In this document: positions 12,701 through 21,468 of the stretch, one piece after another
How positions within the stretch are numbered: position 1 is the stretch's first letter
Layout of the letters: each line of letters starts with the position of its first letter
Notes under the pieces: generated by a model
Database searches by the model: none
Told to the model about the DNA's origin: nothing
The model's input: only the letters and a program-made list of their open reading frames with translations
Assembly: GCA_051362555.1 (NCBI GenBank)
Contig: CM120640.1
Coordinates: 70,844,788 to 70,908,787 of the forward strand
Length of the DNA stretch: 64,000 nucleotides
Source: Lingula anatina
Taxonomy: Eukaryota; Animalia; Brachiopoda
Reading direction: 5' to 3'
Position numbers and translations under genes: made by a program

Positions 12701-15700
12701 TCTCTTCCTTTCCAGGGACTCTTCTTCATTTTCATCAACCTCAGCATCTAAGAAGCAAAACGTGGCATGATAATAATTTATAAGGATATTGTGGATTGTT
12801 CCATTCCAAATGAATGCTATGTATATCATTTCTAATCAAAATGAACACTTACCTCCGTAAAGGTACAAACTTATCTTACAGTTATGACTGCACTATTACC
12901 ACAGAACAGTGATGAAGGGATCCTTTTTACTGGTTTCACCAATACAAAATACAGTGGCAGATAACTTGTCTCAGACTCTCACATACCGTGTATCTTAGCC
13001 AGGGGTCCATGTGTGATGGCATACGTGTCAAACTTGGTGATCACTTTAGGTCTCAGGTAGGCAGTGGGGATGTCATCCATAATCTCATTCTCTGCCTTCT
13101 CAAAGGTACATGGCTCTACCTGTAGCAGGTAGTAGTTGTACTCTATAGCTTTGATACCTTTAGCCTGGATGTCCACTACCTGTACACACAGGAAGATTGA
13201 CAGGAGTTAAATATACAGGTGAGAGAGGTCACTGGGGACAGTACAATTGTACTGCATGAAATAGTACAATGTAAACACTTCAACACACAGTGCTGCAATT
13301 ACTAAAATACCTTATTCATCATCAAGTGGCATGAAAATATAGTCCTAAACAGCCATCATCCAAATGAATATTTTTTGTTTGGTATTACTTGCTAATTGAA
13401 ACTTTTTTTTCTGAAATAAACCTACAAATTTGCTTATTGCAAATATCTACAGTGAGTCACATACTTGTCAGAAGATCTTTCTATACATACCACATAGAAG
13501 TTTGCCTGCTTTAATAACTTAATATACAGCTTCCAGGGCCCCAGGTTTTCTATTGGGTGCCCTGCGTACTGTGTTAGAGGGATGAAGCTGTAGGCGGCAG
13601 CAGGCAGGTGCTGGATGGACTTCTCACACCTCTGTATTCCTAGCCAGATCCTTCAGCACACAGGAAATGATACAAAATGAAACTTTACAAAACAGTACAT
13701 GTATTATGATACAAATTTCATGCAAATGCCAAAAAACCAATTTCTGGAGTGGCAAAGGTGGAAATTTTACTGTTTGTTTTTTATTTTTTATTGCATATTC
13801 TATTTTTGCCAAATTCTTCAACAATTTAATTAAACGTTGTAGTTTGGATAAAATCATACTATTATTTTGGCTAAAAGAGATCCAGTCCTGAAGTGGGCCA
13901 ATACTGTTAGATAAAGATTACTAGCTGAGGTGTGTTTATTACTATTTATTATTTCTACTGACCTCAGTTCAGTCATCAGCCTGGCCAGCTCCCTGCCGCC
14001 AGAGTTCAGACTCTCCTCTATGTCGTCTGCTACCTTGCATTTGGCACCTGGAAACACAATTGTAACACATGAATGAATTCAAATGATAGAAATTGTGTCT
14101 TCTTCATCACAGCCAATTTCATAACAGGATGAAGTAAGATTTGGTCATATCAAAATCATAAGATACAATTAATAAGTCAAAATGAATCAAGAGATCTCTT
14201 CAACTGCATTAGTTATTTTTCTCTCACTTTCTTTTCACAACTTCAAGGTAGAATGAAGTAAGATTTGACCATATCCAAATCAACAGATACATAAATCAGT
14301 CAATTTATTTAAAGGGGCGAGGGGAGAGTGGTGGTTTTAAAGTTCTAAGGGCAGACTTACCATACTGAGGCATGCTGGTCAGGAAGAGTCCCCGCTGTAT
14401 GTCCACTGATATCAACATTTTCTCGGAATCCATGCAAGGAAACAGCACAGGCACCAGGAGAGTGGGGGGAACACCTTTGATTTCACCTGGAAACAGGGTT
14501 ATTGTTAATGAGAGGTAACCAATACAATGACCTATCTTTCTTAGGGCTTACATGTTACCTATGCTGACTATTTACTGCTAACTATTTCCTCAATATTTGT
14601 CTCACAGGACTTACTTTGTGCTGTAAAAATGTATTAGAACACGTATATACTCAGGGCAGTGTATGTATGTACTTACAAGGGCCTCCAGCAAATTTCTTGA
14701 CATCCTTTTCTAGTTCCTAGTTAAAGAAATAAATATCAAATTTTAATACATGGGGAAATTTTGACAATCTGTGTAAAACTAAATGTTTATTTAACATCAC
14801 AGAATGAGATTTTAATTGGCAAATGACAGAGTGTAAATCAAATAATTTAACAGCCAATATAATACTAATCAGCAGAACTTAACTTTCAGGAAATAATTGC
14901 ATATGTAGCATTGGTTTTTGCAAGTTTTGATGTAGAGTTTTCATTTGGTTTAGCATACAAACTTTAAAGCTATATATTTACTTACTCTCAGTCTAGCCTG
15001 GCTTCTAACCTGAATAGTTTGGATAAGTAGTTTTTCTATGGAAAGATGATCACTCTGAAAGATGCAAGAATTGAAAATGTCATCTTTATAACTGACAATG
15101 AAAACATATTGTCACTTTCACAAGTTTTGGTTGCCCGAGAAAATAAAATCCTGACAGTGTAAATTTCAACAGTAAACGTGATTAATCATTCCTAAAAATT
15201 TCAAAGTTTTCAGACTAGAATTGTCACATTATTTAGTTCTCCATTTAGTATCATTTAGAAAAGCTGTGTAAAAGTCCTCATTCATTTCTGTCCTAGGAGC
15301 TAACCACATCAGTGAACAGTGGGGCACAGTTCCGTACCTTAATGGCCTGGGCCACGCGGTAACTCTCCTTGCCTTGGATCTCAGGTGTGTGAGTCACCTG
15401 GAGAGGTTTACCTGGGTCTGCCTCATCCACATGGATACTCAGCTTATACACTGCACAGCACAAAAATAATAACAATAATAAATAAATAAATAATAAACGA
15501 ATAAATAAATAAATAAATAAATATATATTTCATACACACATTTGCTAATTCTAAAAATGTATAGTTTTTATACAATTGCATCTTCTTAAATTGTATAATA
15601 GTTTTACATAGTTGCATCTTCTTAAAATGGATAGTTTTTACACAGTTGCATCTTCTTAACTTCTTTAAATTTTTTTTGCAATTACATCTCAAAATGGATA

Positions 15701-18700
15701 GTTTTTGCACAGTTGTATTTTCTTAAAATGCATCATTTTTGAGCTCAGTTTTATAAAATACTTCATAGTCATGCTTATTTTGAATTGTTGCTAATAAAAA
15801 AAGATTTATATATATAATTCTCTCTTGCGCATTGAGACATAACAGACATATTTACAAAAATACAAATAAACACATTTTACCAGGTGGTTGGTCTGCAGGC
15901 TTTGTGTCTCTCTTAACCTGAAGTCTGAAAATACACAATAACATAGTATTAGTGCAGTAAGAATATCTGAACTTGACAATATATTTTGATGTAGACATAG
16001 GCTTAAATACATAATCTTTATACTTATCATACTAAGTATTTCTTAACAAAACACTACAGCCACAGCTGTAGCATATATTCCTTAAACTTCTATATCAAAC
16101 CCGTGGACATGACATATTTAGTCCACAAACAGACAAAGCCAGTAATGTAGAGGGCCATCCTGACCTCCAGTAGGAGACGACCAGACTTCTCCCTGCAGTG
16201 TACTCCTCCACACGGATGTGATCTCCCAGTCTCTGACTCCTCAGCCTCTCAGCCTGGGAACACCAAAATACACTGGGTGACATGGGGGAAATATGGGTGA
16301 ACTATATAGGGTTACTTTTGGCATATACCAATATAATGAACATTTGTTAAATGAATAAAAAAGGAAACTCGTTAAACTCCTCACAAGACCTCTGTGAACA
16401 TGCCCGGCAAGTAAAAGTAAAAGGCACGTACTTCTGAATAAAACTTATAATCGGGTTAGTAACCAAATTGCTCTAGGCTGGCACAGCAATTTTTTCACAA
16501 TATCAATATAAACACCAGAACTGAAATCTTAGCCTACCTGTGAGTGCAGCACCTCCAGCTGTAATGACTGGCTGAAAGAATCTGAGTTCAGCTAAGGAAA
16601 AGTCACAATGACCTCATCTTTGATTTAAACAAATGACAAAGTGGTTTAGAAACTGTAAACTTTCTTCATCATACTAAAATCAACATTTCTATAATTGTAG
16701 CCATGATATATAATCCAAGCTTTCGGCTCCTAGGCCTTCTTCAGGGACTTTGAAACAAATATGATAAAAAAACTACTTTTTTACCATATTTTTTCAAAAT
16801 CCCTGAAGAAGGCCTAGGGACCGAGAGCTTGGATTATATATTACATCTTTATAGTAGATCTTGATAGATGCATCAGTATAATAACTTATTTACTTCTTAA
16901 AGATCTAAACAGTGATTTGATATGTATAATCACAGACTACATCTTCATGTTAGTGCTGTAGTTATTCAAGGATACGCAGACAGTTGTAGAGGTCATGTAA
17001 TGGCCTGTCATTGTCCAGTAGTCTGGACTGGACCAACTGGTGGATGTAGTTTACTTGGAGAGTGTGCACCAACGCCTTCCCATCTACAGGATTAGAATAC
17101 AAGTTAACACTTATGTTAAGTGCTGATATGTCTTTCCAAAATAAAAATATTGTATGTATAATCTCAAACCCCCTGCACCTCCCCTCCAAGAAAGACAAAA
17201 GATGATCTAGTGTCATCTTGATATACTATTCAATTGTACAGAATAATTTCTTTCCAAAGCCATCCCATCTTTAACATTGCATACTTCAAAGGTATAAATT
17301 TCCTCAAGTTATGTAAAACCTCCTGTACAAAACCACTGCTGTGGTGAGTTAACCAGGACATAAATATGGCAAATAAAAGTTCATACAGCCCCAGAGAGAC
17401 CACAGCGCCCCCTACCTCCTGTCTCATGGTCCTCCACCAGTATATCAATATCCAGCAGTCGCCAGGGTATGGACGGTCCATCTCCCATCAGGGTCAGGGT
17501 GACCTGGGGGGACAGGATACAGAACTTCCTCAGCCCAAACTAACACACATATCTCAGCATAAAACAAAGTGCAGTGCCCAGTAGGCATATCCAAATGACT
17601 GTTGTAAGTAAAACTGTTAATCAGTTATAATTCAGTTTTACACTATCTTGTCCTGTATGCCAGGTTAGACCACTCTATGACTGTTTTTTTTTTCTAAGCC
17701 CCCACTGAACCACCCCTGCTTACTCTATAATAAACTATGGTGGCCAGAACACATCAAACTCTGACTGTCGTTTCAGTTCTCTTACCTCAAACTCATGTTC
17801 CACCAGAAACTTCACTCTGCCATTAGCTGGTGTTGGAGGGAAAACAAACACTAATTAGATTTTATCTATAAATTATTATGGCATCCATTAGAGTACTGCA
17901 AAAATATTTTTTAAATGTGACTTTATTTTCATCACTACCTAAGAGTCAGTGTTTGAGATATTCTCTCACAACAAAAGAAAGTGCATATAATGCAAATTGC
18001 CAAAATTCAAATCAAAACATCTGCTGAGTTTGCCTAGTATGAGCAACAAAACACTTCTACTGTGAGGCTTTCTGGTGTTACCAATTTTGAGTTTCTTCAT
18101 CTGTGGTGGGAGGTCACTGGTGACCAGCCTGTACTCTATGATCTGGTTCAATCTCTGTAATGTCTCTCTTTTCTCTATGGGGGAGATAGGGTCAGCTGGC
18201 ACAATACGCTCCTGGTGGGATGACAAGATGGTCAATGATGAAATACAATGTGAAATGTATTTTTGTGTGTATTTACATAAATTGTGATATAGACAGCCTA
18301 TAAATACATCATCTAGACCTGTTATATTATTATTAATTAATTATGACAGTAACTAATCTAATTATAATGACTTATTTTCTCACCTTAACACAGGTCGGCA
18401 GTCTGGGATATGTACCTGTGGTGAGCACATCTATGGCACAGGGGATGGAGAAAGCTGGCAACCTGCAGAAAGACATAATATTATATGGCACAGGGGATGG
18501 AGAAAGCTGGCAACCTGCAGAAAGACATAATATTATATGGCACAGGGGATGGAGAAAGCTGGTAACCTGCAGAGAAGACATAATATTATATGGCACAGGG
18601 GATGGAGAAAGCTGGTAACCTGCAGAGAAGACATAATATTATATGGCACAGGGGATGGAGAAATCTGGTAACCTGCAGAGAAGACATAATGTTATATGGC

Positions 18701-20308
18701 ACAGGGGATGGAGAAATCTGGTAACCTGCAGAGAAGACATGATATATTCTATTTGTTTTTATTTAGATACATGTGACAGCTCATTAAATGCTAAACAATA
18801 GGAAGCCCACAAATTGCAATTTCAAAGGGATGGTTCTTCGTCTGAATGAAAACAGGCCCTTTTATCTCCTTAAATGAAATTTCATACAACCTACATTAAA
18901 TGTTGCTTCAGAGGTGACCTTTTTTGTCCAAAATGGCTGTTTATTTTCTAAGGCCCCCTTGAACCACCCCTTACTGGGGTAGCGCTAGCAATTTTTTTCT
19001 CTAAGCCAAATCACCACTTTTTTGTCAATTTGTTATCAAAATGGTTATAATTTGACTAAAACAAGTCAAATCAAGCCCTTTTTCTTTAGCCAATTTAAGC
19101 AAGTTTTAGCATTTGGCTAAATTGGCGAGAGTTAGCACTACACCAGCCTTATGTGCCAGAGTATCATTTCTCTGGTGAAGTCATTCATTCCCATACCTGG
19201 CAGACATCCTGGTCTCGTGGGCCACCTTAGCCAGCATATCGGCTGTGTCCACAAACAACATGGCTTGCTTGTCCAGGAAGGAGGAGATCGCCTAAACACA
19301 ATGAAAACAAAATATATATATAGCCACGTGAATCCCTGAAGAGGGTAGAAATATGTTTCCTATGTCTGTTAAAAATTTTAATATCCAGATATATATATAA
19401 CATATATAAAAACCTAAGAAGAAATCATTTATTTTATGGAGTATGAAATATGGCTAGACTGTCATGATATGAATGACGATATTTTAATGGTACATCAGCC
19501 AGCCATGGACTTACAGCACATTTATCCACTTTGCTGGCACTGTTGGCCCACTTCACCAGGGCTAAGAGGCGCACAAATAACTGCCTGGTTCTACTCGCAA
19601 ATTGAACTATTTCAATTTTCCTGAAAATAAACATTTTCATATTATATAATATCTCATGTGAATACTAAAATAACAGTTTCAGGATTGTCATAACTGATAT
19701 ATTTGTCTGAGAAGAGGCCATATAAATCTCTAGCTCAGACAGGCACATCTCGTAATATTCTGTCAAAAACCAATTTTAACATGTCTTTCATCATTCCAAA
19801 GAGGTATATTTGTATTGAAAAATGTGTATTTCCCTACAGCTCCAAGGTGTTGTGCACTTACCTTTCCATATCAGTTTTTCTTGGAAGCCTATAAAATAAA
19901 GAAATGAAATATATAATAAAGCAACCACTTGTAATTGAATTCATTAAGTTATCATGATAAATACAATTTTGTGACCATGGTTAATCAAAAAAAAACAAAA
20001 AACAAAAAAAAAAAAAAAAAAACGGTTTCTTACAGAAACACTTCACGGCATACATGCATATGTACATTTAAAAATGCCTTATTTAAACTTGCACCTCTGT
20101 ACTTAAATCAATGTTTTACAGGCAAAAACAAATTAAGAAGAAAAAACTATTTCAATATTACTTACAGTTCCGAGAGCACAGAGAGTTCATGATATGTTCT
20201 CTGTAGAATAAAGTCAATGAGGGTAGCCAGGGGGATGGTTCCAGGTCCAGGCTGGGCCAGAGCACCTGCACCCCCAGGCCCTGGGGGCTGGCCTTCTATG
20301 GGAGGCAT
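4237..20308 (-). CDS. MED14: Mediator of RNA polymerase II transcription subunit 14 (complete, 37 coding exons, about 1457 aa)
   Basis: Phase-consistent exons (5'->3' on minus): 20166-20308 (ATG, MPPIEG...[19 protein letters not shown]), 19862-19888, 19515-19620 ([25 protein letters not shown]), 19197-19291, 18384-18462, 18082-18211, 17786-17826, 17416-17503, 16976-17083, 16538-16581, 16165-16253, 15881-15924, 15338-15450, 14986-15054, 14677-14716, 14361-14486, 13963-14047, 13491-13650, 12987-13179, 12698-12747, 12380-12508, 12107-12183, 11834-11927, 11611-11659, 11247-11387, 10780-11021, 10377-10451, 9775-9866, 9346-9463, 8754-9147, 8411-8491, 6678-6842, 6022-6239, 5571-5694, 5178-5338, 4806-4925, 4237-4500 ([19 protein letters not shown]). 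Total 4374 nt. The N-terminal [18 protein letters not shown], the [14 protein letters not shown] segment and the C-terminus are recognisable metazoan MED14 motifs. Confidence 0.96.
5106..5160. repeat. (TAAA)n microsatellite
   Basis: Perfect TAAA run in a MED14 intron. Confidence 0.95.
5390..5620. repeat. Tandem duplication (period about 127 bp) of a MED14 exon end plus donor site, with (CA)n microsatellite at 5493-5541
   Basis: 5420-5492 is a near copy of 5547-5619; each copy is preceded by a CA run. Confidence 0.9.
6944..7191. mobile_element. MITE-like element (family B) in a (TAC)n tract
   Basis: Imperfect terminal inverted repeats GGGCTCATTCACATTGAAA / TTTCAACGGGAATGAACCC; no ORF; a related partial inverted copy lies at 31646-31733. 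Confidence 0.65.
7191..7230. repeat. (TAC)n microsatellite
   Basis: Perfect CTA/TAC run abutting the MITE end. Confidence 0.95.
9464..9774 (-). other. U12-type (minor spliceosome) GT-AG intron of MED14
   Basis: 5' splice site GTATCCTT (9774-9767); branch CCTTAAC (9481-9475) 9 nt before the AG. Only these sites give the conserved [12 protein letters not shown] peptide. Confidence 0.88.
9708..9756. repeat. (CT)n microsatellite
   Basis: Perfect CT run inside the U12 intron. Confidence 0.95.
10645..10817. repeat. Three tandem copies (about 60 bp) of a MED14 exon end plus donor site
   Basis: Unit AATACATACC(C/T)(A/G)AGCCAATGTAGCAATAGACTTGTGTTTGTT... repeated three times; the third copy is the true exon/intron junction. 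Confidence 0.92.
12321..12421. repeat. Tandem duplication (period 53 bp) of a MED14 exon end plus donor site
   Basis: CTACCTCTTGTCCCAGATTTACAAAGGG(A/T)ATCCTGTCCTC(C/A)GTGGC occurs twice. Confidence 0.92.
15553..15730. repeat. Degenerate minisatellite, about 33-bp unit, about 5 copies
   Basis: ATAGTTTTTACACAGTTGCATCTTCTTAAAATG-like unit repeated in a MED14 intron. Confidence 0.8.
16706..16841. repeat. 136-bp foldback inverted repeat, probably derived from a Penelope-like element terminus
   Basis: Left arm ATATATAATCCAAGCTTTCGGCTCCTAGGCCTTCTTCAGGGACTTTGAAACAAATATGATAAAAAA is the near-perfect reverse complement of the right arm, with a spacer of only a few nt. Confidence 0.9.
16712..16749 (-). 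ncRNA. Putative minimal type I hammerhead ribozyme motif
   Basis: The minus strand reads AGUCC-CUGAAGA-A-GGC-cuagga-GCC-GAAA-GCU-U-GGAUU: core boxes CUGANGA and GAAA, stem I and stem II pairing, and a palindromic AGCU in place of stem III. Activity is not shown. Confidence 0.55.
18432..18745. repeat. Six tandem 52-53-bp copies of a MED14 3' splice site plus exon start
   Basis: Units start at 18432, 18484, 18536, 18589, 18642 and 18695 (TATGGCACAGGGGATGGAGAAAGCTGG(C/T)AACCTGCAGA(G)AAGACATAATATTA). Confidence 0.95.
18825..19146. mobile_element. Two adjacent short degenerate MITE-like elements
   Basis: 18825-18972 is bounded by AAGGGATGGTTC / GAACCACCCCTT, and a similar end motif recurs near 17690-17720. 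18974-19146 is bounded by CTGGGGTAGCGCTAGC / GTTAGCACTACACCAG. No clear target-site duplications. Confidence 0.4.
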
Positions 20309-20941
20309 CAGTTACCTGGTGATCTGGTCTAATGAAAAGTAGAAATTAGTTGACCATGAGGAGGTGTCATTATCAATGACAAAGTGTGGTCAGATGATTG
20401 AAAGAAAATTGGGTACTAGTTTTAAGTGTTAATTCATTGCATTTTGGCATATTATCCATACTTTTTCATCTTAATGTACCAGTAGTTCAATAATAGGTAT
20501 TGTGCAACAATACATAAAACACCAATTTTAGCTAAGTGAAATTACATATATGACAGAAGCACTTTTGGCATGAAAGCCCTTGCTTTTCCTTACAATAATT
20601 CAATATTTGTGTTCCTATATATGCTTTATTATACAGTAAAGGCTAAAGCAAAGCAAGCTCTGCCCAAGAAATTTATTTTGTTTTCAAAGACAACGAAAAC
20701 ATTCTGGGCACGACGGTCTAATCAACAAGCATTTCAGTCAAACTTAGTTTTTCAACAAAAGCGGTAAAAGCACGCATAAACTCTTCATAAACAATAAACT
20801 AACATACTAACAAGTAAAGACGTAAATTGTAAAACAAACGGGAGGAAGCCTAAGAGTAAGGATACTTCATAAGTCGTATATAAATAAATGTCTGACATCA
20901 GTTCGATACTTTGAATCTGAGAGAACAGGTTTTAAACTCAC

Positions 20942-21045
20942 CTTGTAATAAATAATACCCCAATACATGCAGTGAGTGCAGAAAAATATACATAAAACAA
21001 TGCAACTTGTTCTCTCACATCGTCAACCGGTCGCCGCCATATTTA
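20942..21045 (-). other. Probable non-coding first exon of MED14
   Basis: Strong donor AAG|GTGAGT at 20942/20941 and acceptor TTTTCATTAG| at 20329, upstream of the ATG exon; YY1-like ATGGCGGC near 21040. The transcription start is approximate. Confidence 0.6.
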
Positions 21046-21468
21046 TTTCAAGATAGGCCTTTCAAGCATAGTGTGAAAATATTCGTTGTAAGGCAGTTGA
21101 TCGATTTTAATTTGGGCATTGACTAACAATTATTGAGATAAATACCAGGTTAAAATATGGGTGAATGTGGACTCATAATTTACTTGAAAGAAGAGGTTTG
21201 TTAAGCATTGGATGTGTTACATCTTGTCTGTTTCCTGTGCGTGCTGCCACCCTTTAAGTAAAATTTCACACCCGCGACCTATGACCTATTTAATTGAACT
21301 GAGCATGCGCATTACGTTCGCATCAACCTTTCATGGCCGTTGCGCAGAATTTACTACAAGTGTTTCCTGACTTGAAGAGGAAATAGCCGGTTCTTCGGTT
21401 ACGCCGAGCGGATGTATGTGATATGATAGGATCAAAAAGCACTTAGGATACAATATTTTCTTGTAAAA
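21030..21468. promoter_or_regulatory. Bidirectional promoter shared by MED14 (-) and afadin (+)
   Basis: Divergent first exons lie within about 430 bp; local CpG enrichment; YY1-like AATATGGCGGCG (minus, about 21032-21043); NRF1-like GAGCATGCGCA (21301-21311); a second YY1-like AAAATGGCCGCC at 21724-21735. Confidence 0.7.

Larger units (their letters stand above)
16582..16975 (-). other. U12-type (minor spliceosome) GT-AG intron of MED14
   Basis: 5' splice site GTATCCTT (16975-16968); branch-like TTCCTTAGC (16599-16591) 7 nt before the AG; no polypyrimidine tract. The join yields the conserved [20 protein letters not shown]. Confidence 0.85.

Noticed and set aside
18343-18618. Plus-strand 91-aa repetitive ORF or CRISPR-like array
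   Set aside because: It is the antisense reading of the duplicated MED14 acceptor array and has no variable spacers.
20858-20865. GTATCCTT (U12-like donor) in the MED14 5'UTR intron
   Set aside because: The acceptor at 20329 has a U2-type CTAAT branch and pyrimidine tract with no U12 branch box, and a strong U2 donor exists at 20941.
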